Assembly (NCBI GenBank): GCA_964242205.1
Contig: CAXTBX010000003.1
Coordinates: forward strand, 32,698-96,697
Source: an uncultured Chthoniobacterales bacterium
GTDB lineage: Bacteria; Verrucomicrobiota; Verrucomicrobiia; Chthoniobacterales; SZAS-18
Direction: 5' to 3'
DNA length: 64,000 nt
Of this stretch, positions 9,433 to 17,651 are shown piece after piece. Positions within the stretch are counted from its first letter, which is position 1. Every line of letters starts with the position of its first letter. The notes under the pieces are model-generated. The model had not been told where the DNA came from. It did no database searches and saw only the letters and a program-made list of their open reading frames with translations. Position numbers and translations under genes: made by a program.

Positions 9433-10128
9433 TCAAAATTTCCGGTCCGCCCACACGACGCGCCCGACAATCCTTGCCTCATCGCCGATGGATCGCGCCG
9501 CGATCTGCCGGGGCCGGTAGTTCGGGTTGTCGCTCAGAACCTCGACCGTATTGCGGTCGGGGCGGTGCAGCCGCTTGACATGGAGCGCGCCTTCGAGGCC
9601 GAGCGCGAAGATACCATCGCGTATCGCCGTATCGGAGCGGTCCACTAGGAGAATGTCCCCCGGTCGCAGGGTCGGTTCCATGCTGTCGCCTTCGACGTGA
9701 ATCAGGCAGAGTTGCGCCGGATCGACGCGAAGTTTGTTCCGCAACCAGTCGCGCCGGAAGGCGACGAGGCCGTCCATGCACTCGGGACCGACCTCGCTGC
9801 CGGGTCCCGCGCTGGCGCAGACGTTGTAGTCTGGAATCCATACCACATCGGTCCCGACCTCGTCGGTTCCCGGCTGCATTGATCCCACGCCGGTCAGCAG
9901 CCACTCCGCGCGCACCCCCGCTGCCTCTGCCAGTTTGAAGATGGTGGAACGGGGCGGCTCGCCCTTCTCGAAGTATTTGCGGATGGTACTCTGGGCGATG
10001 CCGCTGGCCTTCGCCAGCGCGTTGACGCTGCCAACGAGTTCCGCCAATCTGCGAAGCCGTTGCTTGAAACTCTCGGTCAGGGCATCGGGAGTGTTCTGCT
10101 GGGTGGACATGGAATAAAGCCGGAACAC
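9433..10128 (-). CDS. CI/LexA-like repressor (XRE HTH + S24 peptidase)
   Basis: HTH region VNALAKASGIAQSTIRKY; ASAG Ala-Gly site; EGDSMEP (Ser) and HVKRL (Lys). Confidence 0.9.
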   Translation of the reverse strand: MFRLYSMSTQQNTPDALTESFKQRLRRLAELVGSVNALAKASGIAQSTIRKYFEKGEPPRSTIFKLAEAAGVRAEWLLTGVGSMQPGTDEVGTDVVWIPDYNVCASAGPGSEVGPECMDGLVAFRRDWLRNKLRVDPAQLCLIHVEGDSMEPTLRPGDILLVDRSDTAIRDGIFALGLEGALHVKRLHRPDRNTVEVLSDNPNYRPRQIAARSIGDEARIVGRVVWADRKF

Positions 10129-10186
10129 GGGTCAGCTTGAATACTAGCACGGGCCGGTGCAAAGTCGAACATTTTGAGCGAATTTC

Positions 10187-10222
10187 CGTGAAAATTTTTC
10201 ACGATAGGCTAAGTATTAGCCT
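10187..10222. promoter_or_regulatory. two adjacent palindromes, candidate operators in the divergent repressor/tnsAB promoter region
   Basis: CGTGAAAA-T-TTTTCACG (10187-10203) and AGGCTAA-GTA-TTAGCCT (10206-10222). Confidence 0.55.
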
Positions 10223-10263
10223 TTATGCGCTATGATGAGGCTATTCCCGACATCCGTGGAACG

Positions 10264-12981
10264 ATGATGTCGGTGGAGGTATTCGGGGATTGGTGCCGCC
10301 GGTTGCAATTGTCGGATGGTTGCCGGGCGATGATCGAGCGCGTCCGCTCCTCGCCCCCCGTTCGACGTGTGGGCGGTGGGGGTGGCAATGTCTGCGGGTT
10401 CTATCCGTCCACGAAGATGGGTCATACCATCCAGTTCGAGTCGCACCGCAACGAACTGGCCGCCATTCACGAGTACGAGCACGACCCTGACGTGCTCGAA
10501 TACTGGGATCAACCCGAATCCATCAGGCTCAACTATGAGGATCGTAATGGTCGCCGCATCGGGATCAATCACACCCCGGACTTTCTCGTGTTACGACGGG
10601 ATGGGGCAACCTGGGAGGAATGCAAACCCGAGGACAGGCTGCACGGCCTCGCCCGGCAGTCACCCAACCGCTACATCCGGCACGAGGACGGTACCTGGAC
10701 CTGTCCGCCGGGTGAGGAACACGCGGCCCGGCTGGGACTCTCCTACCGGCTGCGTTCCTCCGGGACCATTGACTGGACCCTCCAGCGCAACCTGACCTTC
10801 CTCGAAGACTACCTGCGCGCGGAAACCCCGCGCGTGGACCCGGAGACCACCGGACGGTTGCTGGCGATGGTCCGGGATCACCCCGGTCTCACGCTGGCCG
10901 ATCTGGTCCTGCGGGCGGAGGGAGTCAGCCGTGACGCGATCCACACACTCATCGCCACGGGCACCGTCCACGCCGATCTGCGGGCCGCCGCGCTCGCCGA
11001 GCCGGAGCGGGTGCGACTATTTCGTGACCATGTCACCGCGACCGCCCACGGGATCGTGGCGGAGCGCGCCGGACCGGCGACGGATACGATGCCGGACCTG
11101 CTCGCCCTGCCCGGCACGAATGTCCTGTGGGACGAGCGGGCACTTGCCATTGTCCACGTTGGTCCGTCCAAAATCGTGTTGCAGGACCCGGACGGTGCGC
11201 TGGTCAAGCTGACGAAAAAGAGCTTCGAAGACCTGCTGAAAGCGGGGGAGATCACCGCCCGCGCGCCGGAGGTGGCCGGGACCGACCCCGGTCTGCGGGA
11301 ACTGCTCGCCGGGGCCAGCGAGGAGGAGTTCGCGGAGGCGAACCGCCGCTACCTCATCATCGAACCCCTCCTGTCGGCCACGGGCCTGCCGGATGATCTG
11401 CCGCTGTCGCGCGGGGCACCCACCGTCCGCACGATCAGGCGGTGGATCACGGCATGGCGGCAGGCGGAGGCGACCTGTGGATGCGGTTACGCGGGGCTGC
11501 TGCCCGGCTGGGGACGGAGGGGCAATCGCTCGCGGAAGCTACCGCAGGGGACGCTCGACGCGATGGACAAAGCCATCCGGGAGGAGCACGAAACAATCAA
11601 GGGCAAGGTGGCGGAGCGGGTTTACGGCGCACTGGTCAGCCGGTGCGAGCAACTGGGTCTCGTCCCGCCGAGCGGTGCGACCTTCCACCGGGCAATCCGG
11701 TCCAGACCGAAGCACGAACAGGCCCTCAAGCGGCAGGGCCACCGCGCGGCCTACCGGTACGAGATTCCCTACCTCGAACTCTCGCTGACCACGCCCCGCC
11801 ACGGGGAACGTCCCTTCGAGGTCTGCCACATCGACCACACCCAACTCGACCTCGAACTGCTGTGCTCGCGCACGGGCGTCAACTTGGGGCGTCCTTGGAT
11901 GACGCTGCTCGTGGATGCGTTCTCCCGCCGCATTCTCGCTGTCTTCGTGACCTTCGATGAGCCGAGCTACCGCTCCTGTATGATGGTCCTGCGCCTGTGC
12001 GTGCAGCGGCACGGCAGGTTGCCGCAAATCATCGTGGTGGACAACGGCCCGGAGTTCAGGAGTACTTGGTTCGATACTACCTTGGCACGGCATCGCATCA
12101 CCAAAAAGCTGCGCCCGCCCGCCAAGGCCCGCTTCGGCTCCGTGTGCGAGCGGTTGTTCGGCACCACCAACACGCAGTTCGTCCACAATCTCGCGGGTAA
12201 CACCAAGGTGATGCGGAACGTCCGGCAGGTGACAAAATCCGTCGATCCGAAGGGACTCGCGTGCTGGACCCTCGGCCTGTTCTACGAGTCTCTCTGCGCC
12301 TACACCTACGAGCAGTACGACACCTCTGACCATCCGGCTCTCGGTGACAATCCACGCGCGGCGTTCACCAGGGGACTGGAACTCGGCGGGGAGCGTGCCC
12401 ACCTCTTCGTGCCTTACGACGAGACGTTCAGGATGCTCATGCTGCCGACCACCCCGAGAGGCAAGGCCAAGGTGCAGCCGGGCAACGGGGTGAAGATCAA
12501 CTACAACTACTATTGGGCGGACGAGTTCAGGAACCCGGACATCGAGAACACGCGGGTCCCCGTGCGCTACGATCCGTTTGACAGCGGCACCGCATGGGCG
12601 CGCGTGGGCAAACGCTGGCTCAAATGCACCTCCGGGTACTACCAGACGTTCCGGGGCCGCTCGGAAAAGGAGATCATGCTGGCGACCACCGGGTTGCGGA
12701 AGCTGCGGCAACGACACTCGGGCCGTGCCATCATCTCGGCCCGCTCCCTCGCGGACTTCCTCGGCAGCGTCGAGGCGCGGGAACTCCTGCTGCCGCAACG
12801 GGCCAAGGACGCGGCTCTCGGCGAGGTGATGGCGGTCATCGAGGGACATCCGGCTCCCGTGGCCGCCGCCGTTTCCGATGCCCGACCGGCGACCCCGCCC
12901 GTCATGGACGCATCCGACAGTGGCTCGATCTGGGCGGCGGCCACGTCTCCCGACAACCTGCGCGACTTCGAGGCTTTCTGA
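10264..12981 (+). CDS. tnsAB: fused TnsA endonuclease-TnsB DDE transposase (TnsAB)
   Basis: TnsA motifs QFESHRNEL and HTPDFLV..WEECKP; DDE motifs HIDHT, VVDNGPEF, CERLFG; Mu-like C-terminal region; alternative start at 10225. Confidence 0.92.
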   Translation: MMSVEVFGDWCRRLQLSDGCRAMIERVRSSPPVRRVGGGGGNVCGFYPSTKMGHTIQFESHRNELAAIHEYEHDPDVLEYWDQPESIRLNYEDRNGRRIGINHTPDFLVLRRDGATWEECKPEDRLHGLARQSPNRYIRHEDGTWTCPPGEEHAARLGLSYRLRSSGTIDWTLQRNLTFLEDYLRAETPRVDPETTGRLLAMVRDHPGLTLADLVLRAEGVSRDAIHTLIATGTVHADLRAAALAEPERVRLFRDHVTATAHGIVAERAGPATDTMPDLLALPGTNVLWDERALAIVHVGPSKIVLQDPDGALVKLTKKSFEDLLKAGEITARAPEVAGTDPGLRELLAGASEEEFAEANRRYLIIEPLLSATGLPDDLPLSRGAPTVRTIRRWITAWRQAEATCGCGYAGLLPGWGRRGNRSRKLPQGTLDAMDKAIREEHETIKGKVAERVYGALVSRCEQLGLVPPSGATFHRAIRSRPKHEQALKRQGHRAAYRYEIPYLELSLTTPRHGERPFEVCHIDHTQLDLELLCSRTGVNLGRPWMTLLVDAFSRRILAVFVTFDEPSYRSCMMVLRLCVQRHGRLPQIIVVDNGPEFRSTWFDTTLARHRITKKLRPPAKARFGSVCERLFGTTNTQFVHNLAGNTKVMRNVRQVTKSVDPKGLACWTLGLFYESLCAYTYEQYDTSDHPALGDNPRAAFTRGLELGGERAHLFVPYDETFRMLMLPTTPRGKAKVQPGNGVKINYNYYWADEFRNPDIENTRVPVRYDPFDSGTAWARVGKRWLKCTSGYYQTFRGRSEKEIMLATTGLRKLRQRHSGRAIISARSLADFLGSVEARELLLPQRAKDAALGEVMAVIEGHPAPVAAAVSDARPATPPVMDASDSGSIWAAATSPDNLRDFEAF

Positions 12982-12987
12982 TCCACC

Positions 12988-14166
12988 ATGAGCACGATGG
13001 AACATCTCACGGCGGGTTTTCCGCGCGAACTGCTCTCCCGTCCCAAAAGGGCGCGCAGGGAATACTTCCGTGATTATCGTGTCCCGCACACGCGGCTGCG
13101 GACGGTTTGCGAGGAACTCATGTCGGCCATCCTCGACACGGCAGATCGTTCTCTGATTTTCTTGGCAGGTCCGACCGGTGTGGGCAAAACGACCCTCATC
13201 CGTTTCCTCGAAGCCCGTCTCACCTCATATTTGCTGAATGAATTGGAAGAGGATCGGGGACGATTTCCTTTCGTCACCCTTGAGGTGCCCGCGCCGGAGA
13301 CATCGGTGTTCCCGTGGCGTGATCTCTACCAACGTGCTCTGATAGCGATGAACGAGCCACTCATCGGGCACAAGACCGCCGTGCCCGCGCGTCCGACGCC
13401 GGATGGTGGGGTGGAGGCTGTCACCCGGACCGGGCGCGGGGCGGCAACGCAGGACCTTCGCCAAGCTCTGGAATCGGTGCTGCGCCATCGTCGTCCCCTC
13501 GTCTGCATTCTTGATGAGGGACAACATCTGATGAAGATCGCCAGCGGGCGCAAACTGCGGGACCAGTTGGATGTCATCAAATCCGTCGCCAACCTGAGTG
13601 GGGTGCCGCATCTGCTGACCGGCACCTACGATCTGGTTCCCTTCCTTGATCTCAGCGGCCAACTCTCCCGTTGTAGCACCATTATCCATCTGCCGCGTTA
13701 CCAGAACATGGTGCTGGAGGACGCCACTCTGTTCTCCGGGGTCGTGCGCGCCTTCCAGAGGCATCTGCCACTCGCGGAGGAGCCGGACCTGATCGGGCGT
13801 GTCGAGTATCTGTACCAGCATTCCATCGGCTGTGTGGGTGTGCTCAAAAACTGGCTGGGCCGCGCGCTCAACCTCGCGCTGGACGAGAACGCCCCGACGC
13901 TGACGACGGCGCACCTGAAGAAACGCGCGCTCACCGCCGCCCAATGCCGCCGGATGCTCTCCGACGCGCGGGAAGGTGAGAAAAAGATGACCGACGATGA
14001 CGCGGAGATCGCCCGCTTGCAGGAGGAACTCGGCATGTTTTCTGCGGCAACGGTGCCCGTGTCCTCCAAGGCGGGGAACGACGCCGGTTCCACCCGCAAA
14101 CAGAAGCCGTTCCAGCGCAAACCCGTCCGCGACCCGGTCGGACATGACGACGACCATGCATTCTGA
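12988..14166 (+). CDS. tnsC: TnsC/TniB AAA+ ATPase
   Basis: Walker A GPTGVGKT, Walker B CILDEGQH; lies between tnsAB and tniQ. Confidence 0.92.
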   Translation: MSTMEHLTAGFPRELLSRPKRARREYFRDYRVPHTRLRTVCEELMSAILDTADRSLIFLAGPTGVGKTTLIRFLEARLTSYLLNELEEDRGRFPFVTLEVPAPETSVFPWRDLYQRALIAMNEPLIGHKTAVPARPTPDGGVEAVTRTGRGAATQDLRQALESVLRHRRPLVCILDEGQHLMKIASGRKLRDQLDVIKSVANLSGVPHLLTGTYDLVPFLDLSGQLSRCSTIIHLPRYQNMVLEDATLFSGVVRAFQRHLPLAEEPDLIGRVEYLYQHSIGCVGVLKNWLGRALNLALDENAPTLTTAHLKKRALTAAQCRRMLSDAREGEKKMTDDDAEIARLQEELGMFSAATVPVSSKAGNDAGSTRKQKPFQRKPVRDPVGHDDDHAF

Positions 14167-15550
14167 ATTATCCATGCTGCTGCCACCGCCGCTGCCCGCG
14201 CGCAGCCGCCTCATTGCTCTGCCTCCCTGCGGCGTCGGTACGGCGCGCACGGAGAGCCTGACAGGCTACGTCGCCCGACTCGCCGCCGCGCATGGTGTGA
14301 GTACGGGCACTCTCCTGCAACACGAGCTGGTCGGGCATATCAAAAACATTGCCGGGGAAAGGAGTGGGGCGCGGGTCAGTCTCACACCGGCCTATTTGCG
14401 TTCGATGAACGGTATGGACCCGGTGGCCGACACCTGGACGCGGCTGCTCGGGGAACTGACCTGTCGCGGTGATCTGCGCCATCTGACCATGCTTGCCTGG
14501 ATGAACGTGATGCCGTCACGCGGTCTGTTCCGGGAGGAACGCGCCTGGTGCCCGGAGTGCTATGCGTGCGATGAGGTGGTTCACGAACACCTGATCTGGT
14601 GCCTCGCGCCCGTCACGATCTGCACGCACCATCGGCGGCCTCTGGAAAACCGGTGCCCGCACTGCCACGAGAGCCTGCCCGTCATTTCGTGGCGTTCCGT
14701 GCCTGGCTTCTGCTCGTCCTGCCGTGGCTGGTTGGGAACCACATCGGGGAGCGCGGACGCGGGTATGGCGGCCTCCGTGGAACTCCCTGCATGGGAATGC
14801 CGGGTGGCGGAAAACTTCGGTGAACTGGTCTCCGCCGCGCCGGGCCTCACGCATCCTCCCGGCAAGGACCGGATCGCACACGCGCTGGAAGCTCTGACCG
14901 GTTGCACAGGTGCGGGGCGGATGGCTGGCGTTCTGGGCGTGGACTACATGGCGTCTTGGGCATGGAGCACGGGCAAGATGAGGCCGCTGATCGCCTGCCT
15001 GCTGCCCATCTGCGCGAGGTTCGGGGTGTCATTGATGGCCTTTTACACGGATGCCGCCCTGCAACCCGGCGCACCTGACGGGGTGATCCCACAGGCAACG
15101 GACAGGGCCGGGACCCCGCGTGCCAAACCTGTCCGGCGGGGATCACGTCACCGGCAGCGCGCATTGCTCAAGCGGGCGGGTGCATACCTGCAAAGCATCG
15201 TGACGGAGGAGCCGGTGCCGCCGCCATCGCTGTGTGAAATCTGCCGGAGGACAGGACACGATAAACCGGTTCTCTACCGGCATTACCCGGACCTCTGCCG
15301 GGCCATCACCGCGCGTTGGAAAGAATGGAACCGTGGCCGGGGTTCGGATCGCCGCGAGCGGCTTGCCCGTGAGATACGTGAGGTCGCCCTCCGGTTGCAC
15401 GCCGAGGGGATTGTTCCCACCACTCTGACGGTGGCGCGATCTCTCGCCCTGCCCGGAGCGATCCGGGACCCGGTAGCCCGGTCCACGTTGCGTGAGATCA
15501 GAAAGCAACTCGCATCGGAAGCAGCCGGTTTGCAGACCGGGAACGGATGA
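14144..15550 (+). CDS. tnsD: TniQ/TnsD target selector with C-terminal extension
   Basis: ESLTGYVARLAAAH, zinc fingers WCPEC..C..HH..CPHC..FCSSC, C-terminal HTH-like region; overlaps tnsC stop. Confidence 0.88.
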   Translation: MTTTMHSELSMLLPPPLPARSRLIALPPCGVGTARTESLTGYVARLAAAHGVSTGTLLQHELVGHIKNIAGERSGARVSLTPAYLRSMNGMDPVADTWTRLLGELTCRGDLRHLTMLAWMNVMPSRGLFREERAWCPECYACDEVVHEHLIWCLAPVTICTHHRRPLENRCPHCHESLPVISWRSVPGFCSSCRGWLGTTSGSADAGMAASVELPAWECRVAENFGELVSAAPGLTHPPGKDRIAHALEALTGCTGAGRMAGVLGVDYMASWAWSTGKMRPLIACLLPICARFGVSLMAFYTDAALQPGAPDGVIPQATDRAGTPRAKPVRRGSRHRQRALLKRAGAYLQSIVTEEPVPPPSLCEICRRTGHDKPVLYRHYPDLCRAITARWKEWNRGRGSDRRERLAREIREVALRLHAEGIVPTTLTVARSLALPGAIRDPVARSTLREIRKQLASEAAGLQTGNG

Positions 15551-15585
15551 CCTCTCACGCGCCTGCCCCCGTTTGGAAGTCCGGT

Positions 15586-16278
15586 TCAGTCCCAACCCAC
15601 ATGACAGGCGAGGTACTCGTGAATGACAATGCGTACCTCGATCCCGTGGTCCACGGAGGTGCGGAACCGGTACAGGCCATCCTGGACAATCAGCCAGGGA
15701 GGTTCGTGAGAGCCGTCAAGAACGACCAATCGGTGCATCGAGCGGCTTCCCACCTCGGGCCATAAAGCGACGCCGCCGCTATGGGGTGTCTCGAAAGCGT
15801 CCCGCTGTCCGGGCAACATCACCGGCAATGGGGTGATCTGTATAAAATCAGGTGGCTCGGGATGAGGTTCGTTCAACTCGTGGAGTGCGTGGCCCTGCGC
15901 GAGTTTGGTGATCACGGCCCTGACCCTTTGCTGCTCGGGTTGGAAGATGGTTTCCTCCCCGGACACGGTGCGGCTCTGTTCGATGCGCGCGCGCAACGCC
16001 GGTGCTTCCGATAGAATCCTCCTGATCTTCGGACGGGCGATCAGGTCCGGGTCGGTGGAACCGGCCAGAACGCACGAGATCAGACAGGCGAGGTATTGCT
16101 CGTCGGCGGAGAAGCGCGAGTTGCAGGCGGGGCAGGCGGGAACAACAGGCAGATTATCGGGATATGGCTCATCCAGCAGAACGCGGGAGGGGCAGTGGTC
16201 GCGGGTTCCCGTGGAACCGCCGCAAAATGCACAGAATGCAAGCTGGCGGTTGTCACCATAGAAAGGTACTTGGAGCAT
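15586..16278 (-). CDS. HNH endonuclease
   Basis: CAFCGG..TRDHCP..VPACPACN zinc-finger HNH motif. Confidence 0.8.
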   Translation of the reverse strand: MLQVPFYGDNRQLAFCAFCGGSTGTRDHCPSRVLLDEPYPDNLPVVPACPACNSRFSADEQYLACLISCVLAGSTDPDLIARPKIRRILSEAPALRARIEQSRTVSGEETIFQPEQQRVRAVITKLAQGHALHELNEPHPEPPDFIQITPLPVMLPGQRDAFETPHSGGVALWPEVGSRSMHRLVVLDGSHEPPWLIVQDGLYRFRTSVDHGIEVRIVIHEYLACHVGWD

Positions 16279-16382
16279 GGGTGGCGGATGGCCCGGCCCC
16301 ATCCGGCCACTTCCGATGATCCGGGTGGTTTGCCGGTTGCCTGAACAACCGATGTGTGGGACGGTGGGTGCCTTTCCAGATG

Positions 16383-16448
16383 GAAAGCATAAAGTGTCCG
16401 TACACTTTAGAAAGCATAACCTGTCCGTGGCGGACAGGTTATGCTTTC
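16383..16448. repeat. three copies of an 18-19 bp motif, candidate TnsB sites at the transposon end
   Basis: GAAAGCATAAAGTGTCCGT (16383-16401), GAAAGCATAACCTGTCCGT (16410-16428), inverted CGGACAGGTTATGCTTTC (16431-16448). Confidence 0.75.
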
Positions 16449-16467
16449 GGTTTCATAGAAATCAGCA

Positions 16468-16539
16468 GTTCCCGTAGTTCAACGGATAGAATAGAGGTTT
16501 CCTAAACCTTTGATCCGAGTTCGATTCTCGGCGGGAACA
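16468..16539 (+). tRNA. tRNA-Arg(CCT)
   Basis: acceptor stem GTTCCCG/CGGGAAC, anticodon arm GAGGT-TTCCTAA-ACCTT, T-loop GTTCGATTC; CCA not encoded. Confidence 0.93.
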
Positions 16540-16611
16540 AATTGCGTCGTTTCCCGGACGTGTGTTCCGCCCAACTGGTAGCCGCACCTTTGCCGTCGGC
16601 GCGCTCCGCCC

Positions 16612-17505
16612 TCAAATCACGTCCGCAAACGCCTGTTTGACCCCCATGAATAACTTATACCCCACGATCATCGCCACCAGGCCCGACAGCGTCACCCAAC
16701 CGTAACCCGTCCAGTTCATCGGCTCGCCCCACACCACTAAGTTCCGGCTCTGCTCGGAAAAATAGGCCAACGGATTGAGCCGCACCAACGTGCGCACCAT
16801 TTCGGGCACGTTCTTGTTCTGCTCCAGGCTCGCCACCGAATAAAAAACCGCGCTCGAATACATCAAAATTTGCGTCAGCGCGAGCATGACCTCGTTCAGG
16901 TCCCGCAGAAACGCCCCCAGCGCCGAGACAATCCACGTCACCCCCAGCGCCCAGCACACGACTGGCACCAGCAACAATGGCCACAGCAGCACCGCCGCGT
17001 GCAGATGACCCTCGCGCGTGATCAACGCCCCCAGGCACAGCGGCAGAAAACTGATCAAGAGGTGCACCACGCTGCCCAGCACCACCGTCACCGGCAGCAG
17101 TTCCAACGGGAAAACCACCTTCGTCACGTAGTTGGCGTTGAGTAAAATCAGGTTCGGCGCGCGGCTCAGGCACTCCGCGAACAGGTTGAAAATGATGAGC
17201 GCCGCAAAAAGTTGCAGCGCGAAATCCGCCCAGCCCTCTTCCTTGTGCCCCACCACCATCCGGGCGTTGAAGATGTACTTGAACACGAACGTGAAAATGC
17301 ACAGCAGCAGCACCGGATTGATGAACGACCAGAAGATCCCCAGGTGCGACCCGCGGTAGCGCCCGACCACTTCCCGCTGAGTCAGTTGCGAGATCAGAAA
17401 ACGATTGTGGCGCAGCGTGCCGAACAGGCCCGGCGGATGCACGGGCACATGGGCCGACGCGGCGGCGAGGGCGCGGCGGGGGCGGGTCGAGGTGGGAGCG
17501 GACAT
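16612..17505 (-). CDS. wzm: ABC-2 polysaccharide export permease
   Basis: REVVGRYRGSHLGIFWSFINP, YVTKVVFP, LNPL motifs; multi-pass membrane protein. Confidence 0.9.
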   Translation of the reverse strand: MSAPTSTRPRRALAAASAHVPVHPPGLFGTLRHNRFLISQLTQREVVGRYRGSHLGIFWSFINPVLLLCIFTFVFKYIFNARMVVGHKEEGWADFALQLFAALIIFNLFAECLSRAPNLILLNANYVTKVVFPLELLPVTVVLGSVVHLLISFLPLCLGALITREGHLHAAVLLWPLLLVPVVCWALGVTWIVSALGAFLRDLNEVMLALTQILMYSSAVFYSVASLEQNKNVPEMVRTLVRLNPLAYFSEQSRNLVVWGEPMNWTGYGWVTLSGLVAMIVGYKLFMGVKQAFADVI

Positions 17506-17651
17506 CGCCGCTCAATATGACGTCATTCCCCCCGCCGACAAGCGGCCTTTCCCGTCCGCCGGACGCTTTGCCGCCTTGACTAGAGCCGGTCGCACCCGTA
17601 CATCCGTGCATCCCGTTTGACGGCCTTTCCTCCGGGCAAAAACGGTCCTTC

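Larger units (their letters stand above)
1..16448. mobile_element. Tn7-like transposon (TnsAB-TnsC-TnsD), partial; other end not seen in window
   Basis: tns module, defence-like cargo, repeated end-like motifs at 16383-16448 and adjacent tRNA; boundaries inferred. Confidence 0.8.

Noticed and set aside
16410-16448. XerCD dif-like site (GCATAA...TTATG)
   Set aside because: The arms are 19 bp apart rather than 6, and the XerD arm consensus is absent.
1-16460. CRISPR-associated transposon (CAST)
   Set aside because: No cas genes or repeat-spacer array in the window; the repeats at 16383-16448 have no spacer structure. Cas genes in the unseen part cannot be excluded.
16468-16539. integrase-type att duplication of the tRNA 3' end
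   Set aside because: No tyrosine or serine integrase and no duplicated tRNA fragment in the window; the element lies on the 5' side of the tRNA.
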